From: Acidobacteriota bacterium
GTDB lineage: Bacteria; Acidobacteriota; CAIWXX01
DNA: 64,000 nucleotides
Reading direction: 5' to 3'
Assembly: GCA_040755995.1 (NCBI GenBank)
Contig: JBFMAF010000010.1
Location: 256,001 to 320,000, forward strand
The position numbers and the translations under genes were made by a program. Positions 1 to 9,335 of the stretch are shown here, piece after piece. Under the pieces are notes generated by a model. That model saw only the letters and a program-made list of their open reading frames with translations. It did not search any database and was not told where the DNA came from. Position 1 is the first letter of the stretch, and each line of letters starts with the position of its first letter.

Positions 1-2
1 TC

Positions 3-761
3 ATGCATCCGAGGGACAACCGTGTGCTGTATCTGTCGGACATGGACGAGGTCTTTCGAAGCATCGACGGAGGCAAGAATTGGACCGCCACGGCTCGAGC
101 GTGGAACAAGTATGTATCGCCCGAGCTTCTCGCAGTTGATCCCGCCAATTCCAGACGGGTTCTGATCGATACATGGAGTGAGGGTGCGCTCGAGACGCTA
201 GACGCCGGCGACCATTGGCATCAGCTTAGCCCTGATCTCTCGGCGGCAGGTTCGGTCTCTTCGATTGCCTTTGACGAGCGTCGCTCCAGTGTGATCTACG
301 CCGGCGTTTCCACTGATGCCGAGTCACGCCTGTGGATCAGCCGGGACAATGGGAAATCGTGGGGACCATTCGGCCCTGCACTCAGCGGCCGGTGGTGGTT
401 CAACCAGGTCGCCCCGGATCCGTTCGATGGGAACCTTTTCATGATCATAGCGTACGGGGCGTTGTTCCGTTGGAAGCCAGGGGATGGTTCCTGGACAAGG
501 GTCTTCCCCAAGACCGACAGATACGAATCCTTCTCAGAAGTGGAATTCGACCCGCGGGTTCCAGGCACCGTTTACGTTGCCTCACGTCGATGCGGTGTTT
601 GGCGCAGCCGAGATGGAGGCCTGAGCTGGCAACCTATGAGCAACGGGCTCTACAGAGACGACGAGATCCTTTGGGTTGAGTCCATTGCCTTTGATGCCAC
701 GCGACCAGTTCTGTACGCTGCCACAGAGGACGGAGTATATGTGCGCACACTTGCTGACTGA
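3..761 (+). CDS. BNR/Asp-box repeat beta-propeller protein (VPS10/YCF48-like), probably 5'-partial at the window edge
   Basis: Repeated S-x-D-x-G-x-x-W Asp-boxes (RSIDGGKNW, ISRDNGKSW, RSRDGGLSW); the frame is open at the window start. Confidence 0.8.
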   Translation: MHPRDNRVLYLSDMDEVFRSIDGGKNWTATARAWNKYVSPELLAVDPANSRRVLIDTWSEGALETLDAGDHWHQLSPDLSAAGSVSSIAFDERRSSVIYAGVSTDAESRLWISRDNGKSWGPFGPALSGRWWFNQVAPDPFDGNLFMIIAYGALFRWKPGDGSWTRVFPKTDRYESFSEVEFDPRVPGTVYVASRRCGVWRSRDGGLSWQPMSNGLYRDDEILWVESIAFDATRPVLYAATEDGVYVRTLAD

Positions 762-876
762 GGGCTACCGGGATCCGACGCCTCGGCACGAACTGACCGA
801 GCTGACCTCGCCTCTGGCGCATCCTGCCGCCAAGCGGACGGCGCTCTCGAACCGGACCTCTGTCGGTCGCGCGGCG

Positions 877-2757
877 ATGTGGTTGGCTGCACTCAGTGGG
901 ATCATTGTCATGACCGGTCATGCATGGGCAGGCTCGTCGCAGCGCCCCCGATGGAAGGACGTCAGTCCGGACGGTGGCAGCATCTCCGACATCGCAATCG
1001 CTCCCTCCAATCCTAACTACCTGTACACCTCGGCCGGCCACTTGTACCGGAGTCTCGACGGGGCCGCGAGCTGGAAGGCGGTTCCTGGTCAGGAGGGCCT
1101 CTACCACGAAGAGCTGCTGGTCGATCCGGCTAACGCAACCACCCTATACTCTTTGTCCAGCGACTTGTGGAAGAGCACAGACGCGGGCAAGGAGTGGACA
1201 AGAGTGCTGTACAGGGGCCATTTCACCTCGTCCTCGATCTACTGCGCCGCAGTCAGCGACTCGAGCAGCAACATCTTGTACGCCGGGACCGACGGGGACG
1301 GTGTCTTGAAGAGTACCGACGGCGGCACGACGTGGTCGAAGACGGGTCCCGGCATTGGCGATGACTGGGTCTTGACACTCGCCGTCGACCCCCAGAACCC
1401 GGCGGTCGTATTCGCGGGCTCGATGGACCACCTGTTCAAGACATCCGACGGCGGCGCAAGGTGGGCCGACTGCGGCCAAGGGCTCCCTTCAGATCTCATC
1501 TCCGTGACCAGCGTGAGCATTTCGCCTGCGATGCCCGATCTCGTTTACGTGGGATGCTACGACGATGGCCTCTTCAGGAGCACCGACGGCGGTGGTACGT
1601 GGAAGCTCGCCGGTGACTGGCCGCGGCGGGTCGTTTCCGCGCGCCTGACCCTGGACCCGGTCGCAGTGGACATCCTGTACACTGCCACCGACGAGGGCGC
1701 TTTCATGACGACAGCCGGCGGCAAGAAGTGGACGGCCATGCTCGGCTTGCCTGCCACCGAGATCGCGCGAATCGTCATCGATCCCACGGACCAGGCTCTG
1801 CTGTATGCAGGAACAGTATCGGGAGTCTACAAGAGCACGGACCGGGGAGTGACATGGTCATCGGCCAGCACTGGAATCCGAGAGTGGCCCGTCTACTCTG
1901 TCGATGTCGATCCCTCGAACCCCCAAATCGTCTTCGCAGGAACGGATGGGGGTGTCTTCAAGAGCACCGATGCTGGAAGGACCTGGAGGAGCTCGCACGG
2001 CAATTGCCGGACGTTCACTTATGTTGATGCCGTCACGGTCGACCCCAACACTCCGGGAGTCGTCTATGTCTCCGGAGAGTCGGGCACCTACAAGAGCATG
2101 GATGGTGGCGCCACGTGGACGCGGATCTACCAAGAGCTTGTGACGCTGGCGGTGGATTCGAGGACGCCAACAACCCTTTATGGCGGAAATGAGCAGGTGC
2201 TGAAGAGCACGGATGGAGGGTCGACCTGGAAGCCAAGCAGCCACTTCGCGGATGGCTACGTGTCAGCCATCGCGATAGACCCGTTCGCAACCGCCACGAT
2301 CTATGCCGGCAACAGCAGCAGCGGCTGCGTGTGGAAGAGCACCGATGGAGGTTCCGATTGGGGATGTGCACTTGTAGTCAGGGATCCGTACTATTGGTAC
2401 GGGTGGGGCATCACCATCGATCCGGAATCTTCGTCTACAGTCTACGCATATGCTGCAGCCGGGCCGAAGAAGCTCTGGAAGAGCACCGACGGAGGCCAGA
2501 GCTGGACCGGCATGATGAAGGGCCGCGCCGTCTCTTGCCTGCAGGTATCCCCTGCCACGACGGGCGTCCTGTACGCGGGGACCCTGGGCCAGGGCGTGTA
2601 CAAGAGCACGGACGGAGGCTCCACCTGGCGGTCGATGAACGCCGGATTCCTCCGGCCAAGATCGAAATTCGTGTACGCGCTCCGCGCGGGACAAGGTGCC
2701 GGGGATTTCACCTACGCGGCGACGGGCGCTGGTTTGTACCGAGTAGCGGACCAGTAG
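877..2757 (+). CDS. Secreted BNR/Asp-box repeat protein (sortilin/VPS10-like beta-propeller)
   Basis: More than 10 KSTDGGxxW-type repeats with DPxxxxxxYAG spacers; signal-peptide-like N-terminus from ATG 877 (start uncertain). Confidence 0.85.
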   Translation: MWLAALSGIIVMTGHAWAGSSQRPRWKDVSPDGGSISDIAIAPSNPNYLYTSAGHLYRSLDGAASWKAVPGQEGLYHEELLVDPANATTLYSLSSDLWKSTDAGKEWTRVLYRGHFTSSSIYCAAVSDSSSNILYAGTDGDGVLKSTDGGTTWSKTGPGIGDDWVLTLAVDPQNPAVVFAGSMDHLFKTSDGGARWADCGQGLPSDLISVTSVSISPAMPDLVYVGCYDDGLFRSTDGGGTWKLAGDWPRRVVSARLTLDPVAVDILYTATDEGAFMTTAGGKKWTAMLGLPATEIARIVIDPTDQALLYAGTVSGVYKSTDRGVTWSSASTGIREWPVYSVDVDPSNPQIVFAGTDGGVFKSTDAGRTWRSSHGNCRTFTYVDAVTVDPNTPGVVYVSGESGTYKSMDGGATWTRIYQELVTLAVDSRTPTTLYGGNEQVLKSTDGGSTWKPSSHFADGYVSAIAIDPFATATIYAGNSSSGCVWKSTDGGSDWGCALVVRDPYYWYGWGITIDPESSSTVYAYAAAGPKKLWKSTDGGQSWTGMMKGRAVSCLQVSPATTGVLYAGTLGQGVYKSTDGGSTWRSMNAGFLRPRSKFVYALRAGQGAGDFTYAATGAGLYRVADQ

Positions 2758-3119
2758 TGCCGACCCCCGAGTTCCTTCTAGCCTTCATTCTGAAGGCGGG
2801 GCTGGAAGGCCGCGCCGCCTCGGACCATCCGATTCGGACAGCGTGAGCGTTCCCGCGGCCATGCGCGATCGCCCTTCCACGCATGTACCCACGCCTACGG
2901 CGACGTCAACGGCGACGAATTCAGACAGGATCCGTCAACCCCGGTAGTAGTCATCCGGTTTGCAGGGCCCTTCCGACATGGAGGTAGTGCACCGGGCTGC
3001 GTCTCCCTGCGTCTCCTACTTGACACGCAGCCGGTACTTCGGGTGGAGTAGCTCCTCGACGGCTTGATTGAGATGCCGTCGCCGGCTATCGCGGACGCTT
3101 CTTGTTTGAGGATCTACAC

Positions 3120-3752
3120 ATGGGCGATGAGTTCGAGGCTCTCCTGACGGTCGTGCAGGGGCGCAGGAGCATCCGCCGCTTTCGGCAGGACCCGGTGCCG
3201 CCCGCGCTGCTGCGCCGAGTTGTCGACGCGGCACGATGGGCACCGAGCGCCGGGAATCGGCAGTCGTATCGATTTCTGGCGGTGGAAAACCGCGAAATGA
3301 TCGCGGCGATGGGTCGAGTGGTGACAGAGGAGATCGACAAAACGCTGCCCCTCCTTCGACCGGCATCCCGCGAAGAGGTCGAGGAGTACCTTCGGAGCTT
3401 CACGCGATTCGTCTGCGCGCCTCTCGTGCTTGTGCCGATCTACCGCACGGGTGTCAGCCTTATCGACTCCGCGGCAGACGGCGAGGCTCCCGACCTGATA
3501 CGACGAGCCGATGCCGATGCGCTATGCTCCGTGTCGGCTGCTACGATGTGTCTGCTGCTCGCGGCCCACGCGCTCGGCCTGGGAACCTGCTGGATGACGG
3601 GCCCTCTCCTGGCGGAGTCACCCCTCTGCGCACTGCTGGATGTGCCGAAGGGATGGTCGATCTCTGCGCTGATCCCCATGGGTTACGCAGCGGAGAGCCC
3701 GCCTGCACCACCGCGCCGCGACGCAGACAAGCTTCTCAGGTATTTCCCCTGA
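3120..3752 (+). CDS. Nitroreductase family flavoprotein
   Basis: RRSIRRF, APSAGNRQ, LAAHALGLGTCW motifs; GAGGA RBS before ATG 3120. Confidence 0.9.
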   Translation: MGDEFEALLTVVQGRRSIRRFRQDPVPPALLRRVVDAARWAPSAGNRQSYRFLAVENREMIAAMGRVVTEEIDKTLPLLRPASREEVEEYLRSFTRFVCAPLVLVPIYRTGVSLIDSAADGEAPDLIRRADADALCSVSAATMCLLLAAHALGLGTCWMTGPLLAESPLCALLDVPKGWSISALIPMGYAAESPPAPPRRDADKLLRYFP

Positions 3753-3768
3753 TTGCCGGGACCCTGCC

Positions 3769-4233
3769 ATGCGCTATCTCATGATCGACCGGATCGAAGA
3801 ACTCAAGAGGCACTCGTACGCCGTGGGCACGAAGTGCATCACCTTGAGCGACGACTGCTTCGAGCATCACTTCCCCGGGCAGCCCATATACCCCGGGGCG
3901 CTGCTCATCGAGACGATGGCACAGCTCGGCGGCGCGCTGTTGGAGATATCGCTTCGCGATGACATGGGTTATTGTCCGCGCTGCGTCCTGAGCACAGTGA
4001 AGGCCAAGTTCCGCGAGTTCGCCCATCCCGGCGATCTCCTGAGCATCAGGGCGGAGGTCGTCTCGATCCATGACGACTCGGCCATGGTTCGCGGCTCCGT
4101 CATGCGGGCCGATGAAACCATCAGCGAGGCCGAGATGATATTCGTGTTTCTGCGCGTCGAGGACTTGCGTCTCGAATCCTCCCGTCGCGAGCTCATCGAG
4201 CTCCTGACGCGAAAGACAAAGTTCGTCGAATGA
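3769..4233 (+). CDS. fabZ: 3-hydroxyacyl-ACP dehydratase, FabZ family
   Basis: YLMIDRI...FEHHFPGQPIYPGALLIETMAQ hot-dog motif with His/Glu dyad. Confidence 0.85.
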   Translation: MRYLMIDRIEELKRHSYAVGTKCITLSDDCFEHHFPGQPIYPGALLIETMAQLGGALLEISLRDDMGYCPRCVLSTVKAKFREFAHPGDLLSIRAEVVSIHDDSAMVRGSVMRADETISEAEMIFVFLRVEDLRLESSRRELIELLTRKTKFVE

Positions 4234-5390
4234 CGGAAGTCGTCATCAGCGGGATCGGCATGCACGGCGCATTCGGCGATTTCGGTGATACGCTCGATGC
4301 GCTCGCACAGGGGCGCACGGCGGTGACCCGGGTCAGCGTAGACGGCGCGCCAGGCTTTCCCGATGTGCTCGGGGCTCCCGCCGGGCCCTACGACCCGGGC
4401 TGCTACGCGCCCGATCGCAAGCTGGTGAAGTACATGAGCCGAACGGCGCAGCTCGCCGTCCTGGCAAGCGGGAGAGCCATCGAGCGCGCTGGGCTCATGG
4501 ATGATCCCCAAAGCCGCGCAGCCATGGCGCTATTCGTGGCGACCGGCTACATAGCGTTCGATCTGTCGAACGTCGCACGCTCGGCCGAGGCGTCGAAGAC
4601 CGCCGACGGCGCGTTCGATCTGGGTCGCATGGGGGAAGAGGGACTGCGCCTCTGCCATCCTCTCATGCCCTTCAAGATGCTGCTCAACATGCCGCTCGGC
4701 CTCGTCTCGATCGCATTCGGCATCCGTGGTGAGAACTTCGTTCTCTACCCGGGCGCCGATCAGGCCGGGATCGCATTCGAAACGGCCTGGCGCGGGATAC
4801 GGAACGGCCGGTTCGTGCGAGCGCTCGTCGGAGGTTGCGGGCAGGGTCTGAGCCCGATCCCCCTGGCGACGCTCATCCGGCAGGACAGAGTCGCCTGCCC
4901 AGACGACACCGGCGGAGGGAGGTTTCCAATCGCCGATCTCGCAGCCTTCGTCATCCTGGAGTCCGCCCAGGCAGCCGAAGATCGTGGCGCGAGAGCCATC
5001 GCGCGGATCGACTCAGTGCGGCTTGCGCGACCACAACGATCCAGTCAGTCGCTGGCCGCCTTCTTCGGCGGCGATCCCGACGGCCATCGACCCGACTCCG
5101 TCGTCGTGACAGGTTGCATCGACTCCGTTGACCTCCAGGTGCTGACTGACGCGGCGGCCTCGGCGTGGCCCGGCACGCCACCTGCTCTGGCCAGTTTCGA
5201 CGACCGCCTCGGTCACTGCGCGGCCGCCTCGTTGCCTCTCGCTCTGGGGCTCGCAGTCGAGAGCATGAGCCGCGGTTCCGTGCCCGTGCAGCAGGACCTG
5301 AGTGCGCCGCGAGACCTCCTGATCCTCTCGGCGGCCGCGGATGAGGCGCTGTTCTCGTGCCGAGTGCGTTCGGTGGAGGCTCCGCAGTGA
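4230..5390 (+). CDS. Beta-ketoacyl synthase-like protein lacking the catalytic Cys (chain-length-factor/FabF-mut type)
   Basis: KS N-terminal fold (VVISGIG, KYMSRTAQLA, FGIRGENF); YPGADQAG where TAC is expected; no HGTGT; ATGA overlap with fabZ. Confidence 0.75.
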   Translation: MTEVVISGIGMHGAFGDFGDTLDALAQGRTAVTRVSVDGAPGFPDVLGAPAGPYDPGCYAPDRKLVKYMSRTAQLAVLASGRAIERAGLMDDPQSRAAMALFVATGYIAFDLSNVARSAEASKTADGAFDLGRMGEEGLRLCHPLMPFKMLLNMPLGLVSIAFGIRGENFVLYPGADQAGIAFETAWRGIRNGRFVRALVGGCGQGLSPIPLATLIRQDRVACPDDTGGGRFPIADLAAFVILESAQAAEDRGARAIARIDSVRLARPQRSSQSLAAFFGGDPDGHRPDSVVVTGCIDSVDLQVLTDAAASAWPGTPPALASFDDRLGHCAAASLPLALGLAVESMSRGSVPVQQDLSAPRDLLILSAAADEALFSCRVRSVEAPQ

Positions 5391-6667
5391 GGCGCGTTGT
5401 GGTGACCGGTCTTGGTGTAGTGTCCCCCATAGGCATCGGCGTCGATGCTTTCTACGACGGTTTGCGACACGCCCGCTCAGGCATCGGCCTGATCCGTTCG
5501 TTCGATGCCAGCACGTTTCCCACTCGCATCGCGGGCGAGGTGACCGGTGACGTGCCGATTCCGGTCTGGGTCGCCGAGCCGCTTGGTTCGGCGATCAATC
5601 GCGACAGAAAGGCCTGCTTCGCTGTGGCTGCGGCTGACCAGGCTCTGACGGAAGCATTCAGCGGCGGTTCAATCGGATCGTCTTACGCGCCCGATCGGAT
5701 AGGGACCTACCTTGGAGCTGGTCTAGAGATCTTCCACCTTGATGACCTTGCGCCCCACGTGAGAGGAGGTGAGCTCGACGGAGCTTCCTTGTTGGCGTCT
5801 TTGCGAGATGCCCCGGCCTTTTCGAGAATGCAGATACCATCGCACCTTGCATCGTCGGCTGTCGCCGCACATGCTCGAGCTGAAGGGCCGCTGGCAGTGA
5901 ACGTCTCGGCGTGTACTGCTGCGGCCCAGGCGATCGGCGAGGCCTTTCTCGCCGTCCAAGACGACGTTCTCGACGCCGCCATTGTGGGAGGCTACGACTC
6001 CATGGTCAACCCGCTCGGCGTGGGAGGGTTCTGCATGCTCGAGGCCCTGTCACGCGCGAACCACCTTGGCGGCGCTGCGTCGAGACCCTTCGATCTGAAT
6101 CGAGACGGCTTCGTGCTCGGCGAAGGGAGCGCGGTGCTGATACTCGAAGAGCTGAATGCCGCGCACAGACGCAACGCGCCGATCTACGCCGAGCTCCTCG
6201 CGTATGCTTCCTCTCTCGACGCGTACCGTGTATCCGATCCGGATCCGTCACTGCAGGGCGCCGTGTCCGCCATGGCGCAGGCGCTGGCACGGGCCCGGCT
6301 CGAACCGTCGGACGTCGACTACATCAATGCGCATGGCACCGGTACTCGCAAGAACGACCCGATGGAGAGCCGGGCGATTCGGCGAGTGTTCGGCAGCGTA
6401 GCCGGCGAGATCCCGGTCAGCTCGACCAAAAGCCAGGTCGGGCATCTCATCGGCGCGGCCGGCGCGGTCGAACTGATCGCCTGCATCTTTGCGCTGACCG
6501 AGGGGATCGTACCGGCCACGATCAACCTGGACACGCCTGACCCGGAATGCGATCTCGACTATGTGCCGAAAAAGCCTCGCGCCAGGACGGTCAGAACGGC
6601 ACTCTCGAATTCTTTCGGCTTCGGAGGCCAGAATGCCTGCATTGCTATCGGGAGGCTCCGTGGTTGA
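5387..6667 (+). CDS. fabF: Beta-ketoacyl-ACP synthase II (FabF family)
   Basis: VVVTGLG, SACTAA (Cys), NAHGTGT, KSQVGHLIGAAG, SNSFGFGG; GTG start overlaps the previous stop. Confidence 0.92.
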   Translation: MRRVVVTGLGVVSPIGIGVDAFYDGLRHARSGIGLIRSFDASTFPTRIAGEVTGDVPIPVWVAEPLGSAINRDRKACFAVAAADQALTEAFSGGSIGSSYAPDRIGTYLGAGLEIFHLDDLAPHVRGGELDGASLLASLRDAPAFSRMQIPSHLASSAVAAHARAEGPLAVNVSACTAAAQAIGEAFLAVQDDVLDAAIVGGYDSMVNPLGVGGFCMLEALSRANHLGGAASRPFDLNRDGFVLGEGSAVLILEELNAAHRRNAPIYAELLAYASSLDAYRVSDPDPSLQGAVSAMAQALARARLEPSDVDYINAHGTGTRKNDPMESRAIRRVFGSVAGEIPVSSTKSQVGHLIGAAGAVELIACIFALTEGIVPATINLDTPDPECDLDYVPKKPRARTVRTALSNSFGFGGQNACIAIGRLRG

Positions 6668-6722
6668 GAGGGCGGGGCATCACGGCGATCGGGAATGGGT
6701 ACGGGTATGAGGTGAGCTGGAG

Positions 6723-7109
6723 ATGAGTACTGTAGAACGTGTCACGAAGTGTCTGGGTGAGGTGCTGGCTCTCGATCCTAAGACCATCACCGCGGATGCC
6801 CGAGTGATCGACGACCTGGGGGCCGATTCGCTGGATCTCGTGGAGTTGATGTTTCTGCTCGAGCGGGAGTTCTCGATCCGGCTGGACAAGCGGGATCTGA
6901 GCCTGAGCGCTCAGCTCGGGCTGACGGAGCAAGAGACGCACCATGAGGAGGTGCTCACGCCGAAGGCCATGAGCCTGCTGCGCGAACGCTACCCCCTCGC
7001 AGCCGATCGGCTGCGAGACGGCATGACCCGCAAGGATCTGGCCGTGCTCCTTACGGTCGGTGAGATCGCCTGGTCGATCGACCGCAAGCTGGCCAACGCG
7101 GGGGTGTAG
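6723..7109 (+). CDS. Acyl carrier protein with a C-terminal insertion (128 aa)
   Basis: DLGADSLDLVEL phosphopantetheine Ser motif; about 45 extra residues before the TVGEI last helix. Confidence 0.88.
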   Translation: MSTVERVTKCLGEVLALDPKTITADARVIDDLGADSLDLVELMFLLEREFSIRLDKRDLSLSAQLGLTEQETHHEEVLTPKAMSLLRERYPLAADRLRDGMTRKDLAVLLTVGEIAWSIDRKLANAGV

Positions 7110-7143
7110 CCCACGGGTTTCCGACAGAGATGCGAGGAACACA

Positions 7144-7878
7144 ATGCTGGAGGGAATGACCGGTCTGGTCACGGGTGGAACGGGCGCGATCGGCGGAGCC
7201 ATTTGCCGGGCGCTGGGCCGATACGGAATGGACGTGGCATTTGCGTATAGAAGACGCGAGGAGGAGGCGCAGAGGCTCGCGGCCGAGATCGAGGCGCTCG
7301 GTCGGAGGAGCCTCTGCGGCGCAGTAGACGGCCGGGACGGCAGGTCGGTCCATGCGTTCGTCGAGCTGGTCGAGGCGCGATTCGACCACATCGACCTTCT
7401 GGTCAACAATCTCGGTATCACGCAGGTCATGCCCTTCGCGTTGATCGAAGAAGAGGACTGGGACGAGATGATGCAGGTCAACCTGAAGAGTCTCTTCCTG
7501 TTCACCAAGGCCGTGCTGCGCGGCATGGTGCGCCGGCGGCAGGGGGTGATTCTGAACATGGGATCGATCGCCGGCCACAGGATGCTCGATGTGCCGGTAC
7601 ACTACGCCACATCGAAGGCCGCTGTCACGGGATTCACGACTTCGCTGGCGAAGGAGGTTTGCCGCTACGGCATACGCGTGAACGAGATCTGTCCCGGGTT
7701 GGTCGACGCCGGGATAGGCACGAACGTCTCCGAGCGGCAGCTCGCGCTGTACAACCAGTTCTGTTCGCTCGCCAGACCCGGCAAACCGGCGGAAGTCGCC
7801 GAGCTGGTGGCGTTTCTGGCGTCCGATCGCGCTTCCTACATCAACGCTCAGCAGATGGTCGTAGACGGAGGCTTGTGA
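7144..7878 (+). CDS. fabG: 3-oxoacyl-ACP reductase (SDR, FabG family)
   Basis: TGGTGAIG, NNLG, YATSK catalytic motif, VDGG end; GAGGA RBS. Confidence 0.88.
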   Translation: MLEGMTGLVTGGTGAIGGAICRALGRYGMDVAFAYRRREEEAQRLAAEIEALGRRSLCGAVDGRDGRSVHAFVELVEARFDHIDLLVNNLGITQVMPFALIEEEDWDEMMQVNLKSLFLFTKAVLRGMVRRRQGVILNMGSIAGHRMLDVPVHYATSKAAVTGFTTSLAKEVCRYGIRVNEICPGLVDAGIGTNVSERQLALYNQFCSLARPGKPAEVAELVAFLASDRASYINAQQMVVDGGL

Positions 7879-9335
7879 TGAGCTGTGTCGCAGGCGGGGA
7901 GCCGGTCACGTTCCTTTCCGCTTCCCGCGGAATGTGCCGTGCGTGCCGGCGCATGGTAAGGGTCCGCTATGTGGCCAGAGGACACCGTGTGTTTCTGGAG
8001 CGCACATGCCCAGAGCACGGAGTAGGCAGGGCGCTCGTTGCCGAAAGCGTCGGGTGGTACCTGGCCGCGATGCAGCGAGGCTCGTCGAGCCGGCCTCCGC
8101 CGCGCAGCTTCCCCAAGCGCGCCGAATGCCCCCATGACTGCGGGCCGTGCTCCTTTCACGCCCAGGCCTGCCACCTTCCCGTCGTCTCGATAACCAATGC
8201 ATGCGATCTTCGCTGCCCGATCTGCTTCACCTACAATCGGGCCGATCGCACATACTTCATGTCTCGCGACGAGTTCGTCCGCCAGCTGGACTTCGTGATC
8301 GAAGCATCAGGAGGAGTCGACCTCATCAACATCACGGGCGGTGAACCAACGTCACACCCACAACTGTTCGATCTGATCGAGGCTGCCAGGCGGACCGGGA
8401 TCGGGCGCGTCACCCTGAACACGAATGGACTCAGGCTCGCGCGCGAGCTGGACATGGTGGAGCGCCTCGCGGAGCTTGGCGCATACGTAGTGCTGTCGCT
8501 CGACACGCTCGATCCGCGGATCAGCTTTCGAATGCACGGGCGCGACATCGTGGCGGAGAAGCTGCGCGCACTCGAGCTGCTTGACCGGTTCGGCGTGCAG
8601 ACAACGCTGCTCATGGTGCTCGCAGGCGGCGTGAACGAGGGCGAGCTTGGGCGGCTCATCGACATCCTGCTCGAGCGCAGCTTCATCCGGAGTCTTACGA
8701 TTCAGACAATGACGTACACGGGACGGGGTGGCGGCACGTTCCGGCCGAGGGAACACATTCCCGTCGACGGCGTTACTCGCCGCGTCGAGGAAGCCAGCGG
8801 GGGCCGGATTCGACAGAGGGACTTCCTGCCTTTACCCTCGGCGCATCCTCTCTGTTACAGCGTGGCCTATTTCGTCGCGGACGGCCGGGGCGGTGCCCGG
8901 TCGCTTCTCGGCGTGCTCGATCGGAGCCTGCTGGAGCGCCACCTGACCCGCGGATACCTGCTCGATGCGGGAGCCGAGCTCGAGGAGGCGCTGAGGCTGG
9001 CGATCGACCGGGTGTGGAGCGAAGGTGACGATCCGGGCTTGCTCAAGACAATGAAGGATGTGCTCGGCCGCGTGTTTCCTCCAGGAGAGACTCTCGATCG
9101 GCACGAGCGGCAGCGCCGGGCCGAACAGGCGGTCAAGACCGTGTATGTTCACTCCCACATGGACGAGGACACATACGAGATCGGCAGGGCCATGCGGTGC
9201 CCGGATCAGGTGCCCGTCGACGGGGAGAAGCTCATCGGAGCATGCAACTACAACCTGTTCTACAGGCAGAATGACGAACGTTTCTGGGTGGAGGCAGGCG
9301 TCGTGGGAAAGGCGGAGGTCCAAGGGCCGCCGTGA
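7878..9335 (+). CDS. Radical SAM enzyme, tetraether lipid synthase (Tes/GDGT-MAS)-like, paralogue 1
   Basis: CRAC...CPEHG, CPHDCGPCSFH, CDLRCPIC, GGEP, HPLC, HMDEDTYEIGRAMRC, GACNYN; TGATG coupling to fabG. Confidence 0.85.
   Translation: MSCVAGGEPVTFLSASRGMCRACRRMVRVRYVARGHRVFLERTCPEHGVGRALVAESVGWYLAAMQRGSSSRPPPRSFPKRAECPHDCGPCSFHAQACHLPVVSITNACDLRCPICFTYNRADRTYFMSRDEFVRQLDFVIEASGGVDLINITGGEPTSHPQLFDLIEAARRTGIGRVTLNTNGLRLARELDMVERLAELGAYVVLSLDTLDPRISFRMHGRDIVAEKLRALELLDRFGVQTTLLMVLAGGVNEGELGRLIDILLERSFIRSLTIQTMTYTGRGGGTFRPREHIPVDGVTRRVEEASGGRIRQRDFLPLPSAHPLCYSVAYFVADGRGGARSLLGVLDRSLLERHLTRGYLLDAGAELEEALRLAIDRVWSEGDDPGLLKTMKDVLGRVFPPGETLDRHERQRRAEQAVKTVYVHSHMDEDTYEIGRAMRCPDQVPVDGEKLIGACNYNLFYRQNDERFWVEAGVVGKAEVQGPP

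Noticed and set aside
877..2757. Regularly spaced AAGAGCAC(C/G)GACGG DNA repeats that could mimic a CRISPR array
   Set aside because: They encode KSTDG Asp-box protein repeats, vary at synonymous positions, and no cas genes are present
2760..3110. Hairpins and a TTGACA upstream of the lipid operon as a possible riboswitch or promoter
   Set aside because: Short stems are present (e.g. GACGGC/GCCGTC) but no known riboswitch consensus and no properly spaced -10
3769..7878. Housekeeping fab operon
   Set aside because: No plsX/fabH/fabD, atypical ACP, inactive KS partner and coupling to tailoring genes
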